Below are positions 35,410 to 46,914 of a DNA stretch of 52,367 nucleotides, in pieces. Source of the stretch: Desulfobacterales bacterium CG2_30_60_27. GTDB lineage: Bacteria > Desulfobacterota > Desulfobulbia > Desulfobulbales > CG2-30-60-27. Position 1 is the first letter of the stretch, and each line of letters starts with the position of its first letter. Location of the stretch: assembly GCA_001873115.1 (NCBI GenBank), contig MNYK01000002.1:1-52367 (forward strand). The letters run 5' to 3'. The translations under genes were made by a program, and so were the position numbers. The notes under the pieces were generated by a model. That model did not search any database, had not been told where the DNA came from, and was given only the letters and a program-made list of their open reading frames with translations.

Positions 35410-35438
35410 TTGACAATTATGCCACATTTCAGTATCGG
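35410..35438 (+). promoter_or_regulatory. sigma70-like promoter (TTGACA-17-TATCGG), duplicate of 4009-4037
   Basis: Same -35, spacer length and -10 position as the RS1 promoter. Confidence 0.5.
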
Positions 35439-35441
35439 AAA

Positions 35442-35610
35442 GGTTCATCTGGGTGCTTCCGCAAGGAGGCGTAAAAGGGAACCCTGTGCAAATCAGGGAC
35501 GGGCCCGCCGCTGTAACCGGTGACAAATTCCGCAGATTGCCACTGTCCTTTAGGGACGGGAAGGCGCGGAAGGCGAAAGAACCGGAAGTCAGAAGACCTA
35601 CCCGGGTGCA
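35442..35610 (+). promoter_or_regulatory. cobalamin riboswitch RS4, near-identical copy of RS1
   Basis: Same conserved cores and the same B12 box AGTCAGAAGACCTACC as RS1. Only a handful of substitutions across the aptamer by manual alignment. Confidence 0.9.
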
Positions 35611-35669
35611 TGGCATGCAGACCTCCGCGGCGGAGGAAGGCGACCGTAGTATTCGGGTAGCAGGGATGT

Positions 35670-35707
35670 CCCCGGATCGATTTTTTTCGGTCCTGGGATT
35701 TTTTTTT
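35670..35707 (+). terminator. intrinsic terminator, expression platform of RS4
   Basis: CCCCGGATCGA..TCGGTCCTGGG followed by a T9-10 tract. Confidence 0.65.
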
Positions 35708-35746
35708 GCCCGGGCCGGCAAACCACACGACCTGGGAGAAAAAGAC

Positions 35747-37795
35747 ATGAAACCCGTACTCACCTGCGCCGCCTTGGCGGCCCTGCTCTATCCGGGGCAG
35801 ATCCTGGCGGCCGCCCCCGCGCCCGCCGACACCCCCTACACCATGGACGAGGTGGTGGTCAGTGCCACCAAGACCGAGGAACAGCGCCGGGACATAGCGC
35901 CGGCCGTTATCCTGCTCGACCGCGAGGATATCGCGGCCAGCCCGGGCAACACCGTTGGCCAGGTTCTGGCCGGCGAGACCGGCGTCGACTGGCGTACCTA
36001 TGGCGACTACGGCGGGGCCAGCGAAGAGATCCATCTGCGCGGCATGGACGCCAACGCCACCCAGGTGCTGGTCAACGGCGTACGGATGAACTCACCGTCC
36101 CTGGGCAGCGCCGACGTGGGCAACATCGTCTTTGACGCTATTGACCGCATCGAGGTGATCAAGGGCCCCGGTTCCTTGCTGTATGGCTCCGGCGCCATGG
36201 GCGGCACGGTGAGCATGATCACCAAGGAGGCGCCGCGGACCGGCATGGCCAACGAGGTCAGCGTTGGCCTGGGCACGGAAAACAGCCACCGCCTTGCCGC
36301 TGAGCACGGCATGAACGTAGTCAACGGCTTCGGCTACTACCTCACCACCTCCTACGAGGAAAGCGATGGCTTCAGGGCCAACTCCGACCTGGAGCGGAGC
36401 GACGTCTCCGCCAATCTGGTGCTGGACAAAGGCCAGAACCTCAAACTCTCCTTTTACGGTGACTACCTGACTAAAAAATACGGCATCCCCGGCGTCGTGC
36501 CACCGGCCGGCACCAAGGAATTCCGCGTTAACGGGGTACCTTACATCAACGAGGAGTCCGCCAACCTGCTGGACCATGGCCAGGATGACAACTCCCACCT
36601 GGTGCTGCGCGCCAAAGGCGCCCCCCTGCACTGGCTGGACTACAGTGTCACGACCGATTATACCCGGATGAAGAACCTGAACTACAACCGTTATGCCTAC
36701 ACGGACGACTGGTACGGCACCGGCCTTAACGCCGTAGCCACCGACACCGCGACCACCAACGAAATCATGGGCATTGAAGGCCTTGTCGACCTCCACCCTC
36801 TGGACAACGCCAGCCTGCTCCTCGGGGTGAAACACGACCAGATTGATTGGCAGAACGAACAGGTATCGCTGGTCACCAATGACCTGGGGGTGGACAACAG
36901 CCAGGGTGAAACTTCGGCCGCGGTCAATACCCTGGGCACCTTTGCCGAGGCCCAGTACCGACCCTGCGCCTTTGTCAAAGTGCTGGCCGGCATCAGGAAC
37001 GAAAAGCATTCCACCTTTGGCACTGAAAACCTGCCCATGGCAGGCCTGGTGGTTAATCCCCTGGCCGACATCACCATCAAGCTTAACCATGGCAAACACT
37101 TCCTGGCCCCGACCATGAACGATCTCTTCTGGCCTGCCGACCTATATACCAAGGGCAATCCCACCCTGGCTCCAGAGACCGGTCACCACACCGACCTTAC
37201 GGTGGAGCAGTCACTCGCAGACCATCTGGTCTTTCTCACCGCCTCCTACTTCAAATGGAGTATCAGCGACAAGATCCTCTGGGGTCTGGACGAGAACTGG
37301 GTCTATACCCCCCAGAACCTGGACTCCTTCACGGCCGACGGCCTGGAACTGGGGGTGACAGTCGGCCCCATAAAGGACATCACCGCCTCGCTTTCCTACA
37401 CTTATACCGATGCCGAGGAGGAGAACAGCTCCGTCACCCGGCCGGCCACCTATGTGTCGCCAGACCAGTTCAAGGCCAAACTGGTCTGGCGTTCCGAATT
37501 CGGCACCACCGCTGCCCTGGTTGCCAACTTTGTGGGTGATCGCCCCTATTACGGGTCCGACAAGACCCGGGTCGATCCGGTCGCCACCCTGGATTCCTAC
37601 TGGACTGCTGACCTCAAAATCGAGCAACTGGTCCAGGAGCGCTGGAGAGTTACCCTGCAGGCCGAAAACCTCTTTGACTCGCAGTACGACACATATTTCG
37701 GCTCATATTTCGACCCGGGAACCTCTGCCTCCAGCCTGGGAACCTACCCAGGCGCCGGACAGTCGTTCTTTTTGAAGGTCGCCTTGGACTTTTAA
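35747..37795 (+). CDS. btuB: TonB-dependent outer-membrane receptor, cobalamin/corrinoid type by context
   Basis: ATG 35747 (GGAGA upstream), a signal peptide, TonB-box/plug region DEVVVSATKTEE, the beta-barrel body and a C-terminal ...FLKVALDF. Lies behind RS4. Confidence 0.85.
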   Translation: MKPVLTCAALAALLYPGQILAAAPAPADTPYTMDEVVVSATKTEEQRRDIAPAVILLDREDIAASPGNTVGQVLAGETGVDWRTYGDYGGASEEIHLRGMDANATQVLVNGVRMNSPSLGSADVGNIVFDAIDRIEVIKGPGSLLYGSGAMGGTVSMITKEAPRTGMANEVSVGLGTENSHRLAAEHGMNVVNGFGYYLTTSYEESDGFRANSDLERSDVSANLVLDKGQNLKLSFYGDYLTKKYGIPGVVPPAGTKEFRVNGVPYINEESANLLDHGQDDNSHLVLRAKGAPLHWLDYSVTTDYTRMKNLNYNRYAYTDDWYGTGLNAVATDTATTNEIMGIEGLVDLHPLDNASLLLGVKHDQIDWQNEQVSLVTNDLGVDNSQGETSAAVNTLGTFAEAQYRPCAFVKVLAGIRNEKHSTFGTENLPMAGLVVNPLADITIKLNHGKHFLAPTMNDLFWPADLYTKGNPTLAPETGHHTDLTVEQSLADHLVFLTASYFKWSISDKILWGLDENWVYTPQNLDSFTADGLELGVTVGPIKDITASLSYTYTDAEEENSSVTRPATYVSPDQFKAKLVWRSEFGTTAALVANFVGDRPYYGSDKTRVDPVATLDSYWTADLKIEQLVQERWRVTLQAENLFDSQYDTYFGSYFDPGTSASSLGTYPGAGQSFFLKVALDF

Positions 37796-38082
37796 CCGTG
37801 GCGCTAACTGAGCCGGGTCGCTCTTTTTCCAACTCGGCCATATTGCAAGCAAAGCGGCCCGGCGGTATAAAGCTGAGTTGAGCAGCTTGCCTGCTTTTAT
37901 GCCCTTTAGGGTGCAAACGAAACTTATGCCCTTGTGGTATAAGGGGAACAGTCGTCCCGATGCCACCGCTGGGCCGCCCATGTAACCAAGGAAAGCTCAC
38001 CCATGCAGGAGCTCTACATCCATGCCTTGCCCAACCGCAGCTTAGCGGCAGCCAGGCCTGTCGGAGGCCCCGTGAACCGCGC

Positions 38083-38745
38083 ATGCTGGTCGCCATTATC
38101 CTCTCGCTGGCCGTGCACGGCGCCCTACTCCTCTGCCGGTTTGGCTGGCCGACCACCGCCTCCCGAGTTGACATCCCGCTCCGCATCATCACCGTGCAGT
38201 TGCCCGATGCCCCTCCCCTGCCACCAGCAAAACTCACGGCCGCACCAACGCCAAAAGTCACACCCAGCAAGCAGCAAAGGATACTGCCGCCGAAGGCGGT
38301 AAACGCTACGCAACCCCGGCCCGCAGAACCTGAGAGGCCAGAGACCGGCGTGGTGCCAGACCGCGGCGGCGACCTGACCACCACCCCGGTTGCAAGTTTG
38401 CCGGGGCCGGAAACAGCCCCTCCCCAAGGCAATATCCCGGGTGAGACCGGGATCACCCCAGAGGCCGCGCCGCAGCTCGCCCACCCCCTGTACCGCGAAA
38501 ACCAGCCGCCGGGCTACCCACCCCTGGCCCGCAAACAGCGCTTTCAGGGAACCACGGAACTGGCGGTACTGGTCAACAAGGACGGCTTGGCCGATGATCT
38601 TCGTCTGCAAAACTCGAGCGGCCACGCAGTCCTTGACCAGGCTGCTCTGGCCGCGGTGCGGCGCTGGAAATTCGCTCCCGGCCGCCTTGGCGCGGAACCC
38701 GTGGCCATGTGGGTCACGGTGCCAATACGCTTTGAGTTGCATTAA
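38083..38745 (+). CDS. tonB: TonB-family energy transducer
   Basis: N-terminal TM LVAIILSLAVHGALLL, a Pro-rich spacer, and a C-terminal TonB domain (YPPLARKQRFQGTTELAVLV..AAVRRWKFAP). The start is uncertain; ATG 37960 is the in-frame alternative. Confidence 0.75.
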   Translation: MLVAIILSLAVHGALLLCRFGWPTTASRVDIPLRIITVQLPDAPPLPPAKLTAAPTPKVTPSKQQRILPPKAVNATQPRPAEPERPETGVVPDRGGDLTTTPVASLPGPETAPPQGNIPGETGITPEAAPQLAHPLYRENQPPGYPPLARKQRFQGTTELAVLVNKDGLADDLRLQNSSGHAVLDQAALAAVRRWKFAPGRLGAEPVAMWVTVPIRFELH

Positions 38746-38749
38746 CATC

Positions 38750-39643
38750 ATGCGCTATCACCTGATTTTCGTAATTCTTCCAGTCATGGCCCTGGTTTTT
38801 GCCGGCCAGGCCTTTGCCCGGCAGGTCACGGACCAGATCGGCCGTTCCGTCACCGTGCCTGACCGACTCCAGCGGGTTGTTGCCCTGACTCCGGCCCTCA
38901 CCGAGATCGTCTATGACCTGGGCCGGGAGGATCTCCTGGTCGCCACCACCCAGTTCAGCGATTTTCCCGAGGGTGCCAAAAACCTGCCCCGGATTGGTTC
39001 CTACATCCAGCCCGACCTGGAAAAACTGGTGGCCCTGCGCCCTGACCTCTGCCTGGCCACCAAGGACGGCAACCCCAAAGATGTGGTAGAAAAGATCATG
39101 GAGCTGGGCATCCCGGTCTTTGTCGTCAACCCCCGCGATCTGGCCGGGGTTATGGCAACCGTGACTGGGCTGGGCGAAGTCTTACAGGCCCAAGACAAGG
39201 CCAAGGCCATCGTGGCGGACATGCAGCGCCGTCTTGAGACAGTCACCGGCAACATTGCCAAGGCCAAAACCAGACCCGGGGTCTTTTTCCAGATCGACGC
39301 CGCCCCCATGGTCTCGGCCGGTGACCAGACCTTTATCGACGAACTGATCAGACTGGCCGGGGGCCGAAACCTGGCCGCCGGGCCAGCGAGCTATCCGCGC
39401 TTCAACTGGGAAGAACTCCTGCGGCTGCGGCCCGAGGTGGTGATCATCACCTCCATGGCCGGCGGCCAGAGTGTGGCGGAACTGCAAGCGAGCTGGCGCC
39501 GTTGGCCGGATCTGCCTGCGGTAAAAAACAACCTGGTGGCGGTGGTGGACGCCAACCTCTTCGACCGGCCCACCCCGCGCCTTATCGATGGCTTGGAAGT
39601 CCTGACCGCCATCCTTCATCCGGAGCTATTTCATGTTCCTTAG
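38750..39643 (+). CDS. btuF: periplasmic cobalamin-binding protein
   Basis: Signal peptide MRYHLIFVILPVMALVFAGQAFA. ..RVVALTPALTEIVYDLG.., ..RPDLCLA.. and ..FDRPTPRLIDGLEVL. Confidence 0.8.
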   Translation: MRYHLIFVILPVMALVFAGQAFARQVTDQIGRSVTVPDRLQRVVALTPALTEIVYDLGREDLLVATTQFSDFPEGAKNLPRIGSYIQPDLEKLVALRPDLCLATKDGNPKDVVEKIMELGIPVFVVNPRDLAGVMATVTGLGEVLQAQDKAKAIVADMQRRLETVTGNIAKAKTRPGVFFQIDAAPMVSAGDQTFIDELIRLAGGRNLAAGPASYPRFNWEELLRLRPEVVIITSMAGGQSVAELQASWRRWPDLPAVKNNLVAVVDANLFDRPTPRLIDGLEVLTAILHPELFHVP

Positions 39644-40640
39644 GATGCAACCCCTGCTGCCGCGCCTGCTGCTGCTCACCGGCGGCCTGGCCGTGCTCTT
39701 CGCGGCCTGTTTCCTGGCCGGGCTGGCCACCGGTTCCTCGGGCTGCAACCTGGCCGAGACCTGGGGTCTGCTTAGGCATCCCGGCCAGGGGGACACCACC
39801 GCGGCCACCATCCTCTTCGAGATCCGCCTGCCCCGGGTAACCCTGGCGGCAGTGGCCGGCTCCACCCTGGCCGCCGGCGGCCTCGTCTTCCAGGCCCTGC
39901 TGCGCAACCCCCTGGCCGAGCCCTATATCCTTGGCATCTCGGGCGGCTCGGCCATCGGCGCCATCCTCGGCATGCTGGCCGGTCTCAGCAGTTTTCCCGG
40001 CGTGCCGCTGGCCGCCTTTGCCGGCAGCATGCTCACCCTCGGGCTGATCCTGATCCCCATGACCGGCCGCGTGGCCCTGGCCAGCGACAGTTTGCTGCTG
40101 GGCGGCGTCATGGTCAACGCCTTCTGCGGCGCGGTGATCATGCTGCTCATCTCCCTCTCCCGATCCAGTCAGGTGCAGCACATCCTCTTCTGGCTGATGG
40201 GCGACCTGTCGCGTCTCACCCCGGCCGGGTTGCCGGTTCTCGCCGTGGTCCTGCCCTGTTTTCTGGTGATCTTTCTGCTGGCCCGGCCCATGAACCTGCT
40301 GCTTCTGGGCCAGGAAACGGCCACCAGTCTGGGGGTGAACGCCCGGGCCGTCACCCTGGTCCTGCTGCTCGCCACCTCCTTCATGGTGAGCCTGGTGGTC
40401 TGCCAGTGCGGCCTTATCGGTTTTGTCGGCCTGGTGGTGCCCCATGTGCTGCGGCTGCTGGTAGGCCCGGACCACCGCCTGCTGGTGCCCGCCAGCCTCC
40501 TGGGCGGCGGCGCCTTCCTGATCCTCTGCGACCTTTTGGCCCGCACCATCCCGGTGGACGGCGACCTGCCGGTCGGCATCGTCACCGCGCTGATCGGCGC
40601 GCCGCTCTTTCTGTTTTTGCTGTGGAGATCGGGAAAATGA
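39633..40640 (+). CDS. btuC: FecCD/BtuC-family ABC permease
   Basis: FEIRLPRVTLAAVAGSTLAAGGLVFQALLRNPLAEPYILGISGGSA. About 335 aa and polytopic. Confidence 0.85.
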   Translation: MFLRMQPLLPRLLLLTGGLAVLFAACFLAGLATGSSGCNLAETWGLLRHPGQGDTTAATILFEIRLPRVTLAAVAGSTLAAGGLVFQALLRNPLAEPYILGISGGSAIGAILGMLAGLSSFPGVPLAAFAGSMLTLGLILIPMTGRVALASDSLLLGGVMVNAFCGAVIMLLISLSRSSQVQHILFWLMGDLSRLTPAGLPVLAVVLPCFLVIFLLARPMNLLLLGQETATSLGVNARAVTLVLLLATSFMVSLVVCQCGLIGFVGLVVPHVLRLLVGPDHRLLVPASLLGGGAFLILCDLLARTIPVDGDLPVGIVTALIGAPLFLFLLWRSGK

Positions 40641-41443
40641 ACGCGCTTGCCGTAACCAACCTGACCTGCCAGTATGGCAAAAAGACGGTGCTCACCGACG
40701 TGTCGCTTGCCGTGACGACTGGCGAGTTTCTGGTGATCATCGGTCCCAACGGCAGCGGCAAGACCACCCTGCTGAAAATCCTGGCCGGCCTTATCTCGCC
40801 ATCCATCGGGACTGTCACCCTTTTTGACCGACCACTGGCGAGCTACAGCCGCCGGCAACTGGCCAGGGTACTGGCCATTGTCCCCCAACAGATGCCGATG
40901 GACTTTCCCTTTACCGTGGAGGAAACGGTACTCATGGGCCGCAGCCCGGTCCTTGGCCTGACAAGTTTCGAGGGCCCCGCCGATATCGCCACGGCCCGGG
41001 AGGCCATGGCCTTCACCGAGGTAGCCCACCTGGCCCGCCGCCGCCTGGACCAGCTCTCCGGCGGGGAACGCCAGCGGGCGGTCATCGCCCGCGCCATCTG
41101 CCAACAACCCAGGATCATCCTGCTGGACGAACCAACCGCCTCGCTGGACCCGGCCCACCAGATCCGCATCATGGACCTCATGGAAAAACTGCGCCGCGAG
41201 TACGGGGTGACCGTGATCATGGTTTCCCACGACCTCAACCTGGCCGCCCTCTATGGCGACCGCCTGCTCCTGCTCGGCGACAACCGGGTGGAGATGGCCG
41301 GGCCGCCAGCCGAGGTTCTGACCTACGAACTGCTGGAACGCGTTTATGGTTGCGTGCTGCTGGTCGACAAAAGCCCGTTGGGCGGAGTGCCACGGGTGAC
41401 GCCGGTGCCTGGCCGCCATATCGGCGCCCGGCTCTCAGCCTGA
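40637..41443 (+). CDS. btuD: ABC ATP-binding protein
   Basis: ATGA overlap with btuC. Walker A GPNGSGKTT, signature LSGGERQR, Walker B LLDEPTASLD. Confidence 0.9.
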   Translation: MNALAVTNLTCQYGKKTVLTDVSLAVTTGEFLVIIGPNGSGKTTLLKILAGLISPSIGTVTLFDRPLASYSRRQLARVLAIVPQQMPMDFPFTVEETVLMGRSPVLGLTSFEGPADIATAREAMAFTEVAHLARRRLDQLSGGERQRAVIARAICQQPRIILLDEPTASLDPAHQIRIMDLMEKLRREYGVTVIMVSHDLNLAALYGDRLLLLGDNRVEMAGPPAEVLTYELLERVYGCVLLVDKSPLGGVPRVTPVPGRHIGARLSA

Positions 41444-41681
41444 GCATTGACGAATCGTGATTGCATCTCCAAATAAGTTGCGCTATCAGTTTGGCTTGTT
41501 GAGGCATTAAGGATACTTTGATGAAAACAATTTTGCCGGCCATGCCTCAAAACTTACAGAGACCGAAAAGGTGCTGTGGCCCTTGCTTCATTTTCATGCG
41601 CATTCCTAACATACTACAGTCTAAACAACCTGAGTCGTTACTGACATTCGCCGTTACCCACGGGACCAATGGGCCTGAATA

Positions 41682-43595
<1,914 letters not shown>

Positions 43596-43767
43596 AATTT
43601 CCCCTTTTGCCCCGGCATTATGTCAATGGAAATGGTTTGTTATGATCTATTGACAAGAATGCATTACCAAATTATGTCTTGCAAAAGTCTTGAAAAATGC
43701 TTTAGGGAATGACGACCTTTGCAAGAGGCTCAATTATAAGCCACTGACGACAGGAACGCTTTCAAAC

Positions 43768-43919
43768 GTAACTGTCCAGCAGTGCCGCATCTGCTTCGCA
43801 GTCTCGCTTTGCTCGCTTAGCTGTCATCGGCCAATTCGCATACCGAAGTATAGCGAATCGGCCTCTGAAGTTTATACCCCCTTGCGGGGTGCGCATCTAC
43901 GGCACTGCTGAACAGTTAC
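43768..43919. repeat. foldback element, copy C (termini GTAACTGTCCAGCAGTGCCG / CGGCACTGCTGAACAGTTAC)
   Basis: 20-nt terminal inverted repeat, 19 of 20 complementary. An inner near-perfect hairpin lies at 43829-43863. The outer 12 nt match the termini of the elements at 105-300 and 52264. Confidence 0.55.
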
Positions 43920-43963
43920 AGGAAAACCGCCCGTTTTCACCCACCCCGGGCAAGGAGAACCAC

Positions 43964-44173
43964 ATGAAAACATGCAGCCTCCACGACTTCATGGCTGAAC
44001 TCGCCCCCTGGCTCGACAACGATTACATCCGCTCCGCCGCCTTGGATGACAAGGGACATCTCGTCATCCATTTTGTGGACGGCATGAAAAACGTCTACCA
44101 TCTGGACGACTGCACCACGGAGCAGGTCCTGCATACGCTGCAAAAAATTAAGAAAAGAGGAGTGGCGGTGTAG
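43964..44173 (+). CDS. small hypothetical protein (69 aa)
   Basis: ATG 43964 with AAGGAG 6 nt upstream. No recognisable family. Confidence 0.45.
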   Translation: MKTCSLHDFMAELAPWLDNDYIRSAALDDKGHLVIHFVDGMKNVYHLDDCTTEQVLHTLQKIKKRGVAV

Positions 44174-44211
44174 TGTTTTGCCGACCTTGCCCCTGCCGCC
44201 CTTACCCGCCC

Positions 44212-44246
44212 TGCGAATAACCGTGTTGCGAATAACCGTTGCGAAG
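44212..44246 (+). repeat. tandem direct repeats TGCGAATAACCGT (two copies plus a partial third)
   Basis: TGCGAATAACCGT at 44212-44224 and 44227-44239, then TGCGAAG at 44240-44246. About 120 nt upstream of the SH3-domain gene. Confidence 0.5.
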
Positions 44247-44364
44247 ACAGGCCAGGTTCTGTAACCTGATGCATGGTTTGGGTGCAAACCACAAGGCAAA
44301 CCGGGGCATGGCCCGACGCCGGCACCCCGGCCAACGGCCAAGGAGTGTGCAGTTGCGATCATAT

Positions 44365-45081
44365 ATGAAGAACCTCGCTTTCCTGGGCGGCTTTCTGTTG
44401 CTGAGCGGCCTGCTGGCGCCGGCCAGCGCGCCGGGCGGCGACCCCGTCTATATCGCCGATGTCATAACCATCGGCCTGCGCCAGGGCCCGGACCCAAAGT
44501 CCAGCATCATCAAGGCCCTGCAGTCCGACACCGTTCTGGAAATCCTCGAGGAGCGTGACAAATATCTGCGGGTGCGCACCGCGACAGGCGACGAGGGCTG
44601 GATACCCAGGCAGCACGTCAGTTCGCAAACCCCCAAGACCCGGATCATCGCTTCTCTCAATACGGAACTGGCCGCTCTCAAGGAAAAGGCGCAGCCATTG
44701 CAGGGCACCAGCAACCGCTCCGCTGCCGAGGTCCAGGCCCTCCAGGCCCAATACAATAATGTCAAGGCTGAACTCGACAAGCTGAAAAGTCAAGCCAGCG
44801 GCGACCAGACCGCCATGGCCCGCCAACTCACGGAGATAACCGAGCGCTACAACACCCTGCGCGAGCAGTCTGCCCACGTGACCGAACTGGGCCAGGAGAA
44901 CGAGACCCTGCGCATGACCAACGACAAGCTCGGCAAAGACATGGAAGCCCTCCGGCAAGAGGGCACCCACCTGAAACGCACCGACATGATTCCCTGGTTC
45001 CTGGCCGGGGGCGGGGTCTTTCTGGCCGGCTTTATCATCGCCAGGCTGAGCAGCGGTAAAAAGAAAAAATCATTCTACTGA
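44365..45081 (+). CDS. SH3-domain protein with coiled coil and C-terminal TM anchor (YgiM-like)
   Basis: Signal peptide; SH3-like LRQGPDPKSSIIKALQSDTVLEILEERDKYLRVRTATGDEGWI; a long coiled coil; C-terminal TM WFLAGGGVFLAGFIIA. Confidence 0.65.
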   Translation: MKNLAFLGGFLLLSGLLAPASAPGGDPVYIADVITIGLRQGPDPKSSIIKALQSDTVLEILEERDKYLRVRTATGDEGWIPRQHVSSQTPKTRIIASLNTELAALKEKAQPLQGTSNRSAAEVQALQAQYNNVKAELDKLKSQASGDQTAMARQLTEITERYNTLREQSAHVTELGQENETLRMTNDKLGKDMEALRQEGTHLKRTDMIPWFLAGGGVFLAGFIIARLSSGKKKKSFY

Positions 45082-45122
45082 TCCCGCCGCCGCCGTTCGA
45101 TCCAATCAGAGGAGAACCGCCC

Positions 45123-46796
45123 ATGGCCACGGCCCACAAACTTCCTTCCTCTCCCTGGCGCGCCATTATCGAAAGCGCCATGCACGCCAACTCGGTGCGC
45201 CAGACCACTATGTCTGAACTCTATGAATTGGCGACGCAACAGCCAGAGGTGGTGGCTACCACCCAACCCATGTACAAACCGGCCGAATTCGGTTTGCCCA
45301 ATAACGCCATGATCCTGGTATCGTATGATGGTTCGGTGGTGGGCCGCACCGCCCGGGCGCGCCTGCTGGTTCGCAACTTCGACAAGACGGAAAGCGACTC
45401 CATCCAGGCTTTGCTCCGCGAGGCGGTCTATCAGTTCAACAAACGGCCCGGCTTGCTCCTGGAAGGCATCGTCGGCCTGCACCAGGACTTCATGGTCAAG
45501 GCCCATCTCGTAAGCCCGGTTACCGACGCCAAGAACATGTTGGACTGGGGCCTCAACTTCTGCCCCTTCATCAAGCCCTGGAGCGACACCTACGCGAAAT
45601 CACGCCTCATCGACGAGCCGCACATCATCGCCTTCGCCGACCCGCAATGGACCCATCCCGACTATCCCGACGGCTGCGTCATCATCGACGAGATCACCAA
45701 CTGCATCGCAATCTTAGGGCTGCGCTACTTCGGCGAACGCAAGAAGGGCACCCTGACCCTGGCCTGGACCATGGGCGTTCGCCAGAACATGGTGGCCTGC
45801 CACGGAGGCATAAAAAAGATAGGCAATAAGCCACCGGTGGCGGTATTCGGGCTCTCGGGCTCGGGCAAGTCCTCGATCACCAACAGCCTGGACCATGATG
45901 GTCTGCTGAAAAAGTCCGAAAAGGTCACGGTGATCCACGACGACGCCTTCCTCATCGACCTGGAGCACAATTACTCGGTGGCCTTGGAGCCCTCGCTCTT
46001 TGACAAGACCGACGCGGTGGCCTTCGACGACATGCAGCTCAAATATTTTTATTCGGCCCAGAACGTGGCGGTCACCGCCCTGCCGGACGGCAGCAGACGC
46101 ATGGTCAACGGCGACGTGCGCAACAGCAACGGCCGCTGCCTCAAAAGCCGCGCCATGTTCACCCATGCCGAACACTGCGAACGACCCGGCATGCTCATCT
46201 GGCTGCAAAAAGACACCAGCCTGCCGCCCGTAAGCCGGGTTACGGGCAACTCCCTGGCCGTGGCCATGGGCGCCTCGCTTTCCACCATGCGCGCCAAGGG
46301 CGTGGAAAACGTCGACCCCAGGGAACTGAAAAAATTGATCATCGAGCCCTTCGCCAACCCCTTCCGGGTCCACTCGCTGCTGGAGGACTGCGAACAGTTC
46401 CGCAAGCTCTTCAAGATGGGCTGCCAGTGCTACATCATGAACACCCACGCCTTCGGGGTGGGCGATGAACTGGTGGATATCCCCAAGGAATTGAGCCTGG
46501 CCATTGTCACCGAACTGGTGCGCGGCAATATCGAATGGCGGGACTGGCAGACCTTCAGCGGCCTGCAGGTTCCGAAGAACGGCAGCAAACTGTTCGGCAC
46601 AAATTTCGACAAACACTACCACCCATCCCGCACCCCCCACTACCTGCAGTTCCTGCGCGACCGCATGCAGGACCGCATCACCTTCCTCTCCCGCAAGCGC
46701 GACGAGGACCACGACATGTCCAATAACTTCATCGCCCCGCTGGTGGCCGCCCGCCTCACCATCGACCGGGTGCTGGAGCCGGATCTGTATGCGTGA
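45123..46796 (+). CDS. divergent ATP-type phosphoenolpyruvate carboxykinase family protein
   Basis: 557 aa. LGLRYFGERKKG.. and the kinase-1a-like VAVFGLSGSGKSS parallel PckA motifs. GAGGAG RBS. Confidence 0.6.
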   Translation: MATAHKLPSSPWRAIIESAMHANSVRQTTMSELYELATQQPEVVATTQPMYKPAEFGLPNNAMILVSYDGSVVGRTARARLLVRNFDKTESDSIQALLREAVYQFNKRPGLLLEGIVGLHQDFMVKAHLVSPVTDAKNMLDWGLNFCPFIKPWSDTYAKSRLIDEPHIIAFADPQWTHPDYPDGCVIIDEITNCIAILGLRYFGERKKGTLTLAWTMGVRQNMVACHGGIKKIGNKPPVAVFGLSGSGKSSITNSLDHDGLLKKSEKVTVIHDDAFLIDLEHNYSVALEPSLFDKTDAVAFDDMQLKYFYSAQNVAVTALPDGSRRMVNGDVRNSNGRCLKSRAMFTHAEHCERPGMLIWLQKDTSLPPVSRVTGNSLAVAMGASLSTMRAKGVENVDPRELKKLIIEPFANPFRVHSLLEDCEQFRKLFKMGCQCYIMNTHAFGVGDELVDIPKELSLAIVTELVRGNIEWRDWQTFSGLQVPKNGSKLFGTNFDKHYHPSRTPHYLQFLRDRMQDRITFLSRKRDEDHDMSNNFIAPLVAARLTIDRVLEPDLYA

Positions 46797-46859
46797 AACA
46801 TAGGGTGCTCCGGCAGACAGGTCTGCTGGTCATCAATGTCCATCGCCACCTCCGGGCAT

Positions 46860-46885
46860 CCCGCTTGAGTCTGAGCGGGCTTTTC
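46860..46885 (+). terminator. candidate intrinsic terminator
   Basis: CCCGCT-TGAGTCTG-AGCGGG followed by CTTTT. Confidence 0.4.
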
Positions 46886-46914
46886 GACCTCATGCCGGCC
46901 GCCTGGGCAGGCAA

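Noticed and set aside
43768-43919. Integron attC-site interpretation of the GTAAC...GTTAC foldbacks.
   Set aside because: The termini do not fit the RYYYAAC / GTTRRRY core sites (for example GGGTAAC, GTTACCT). No intI integrase or cassette-like ORF organisation is present.
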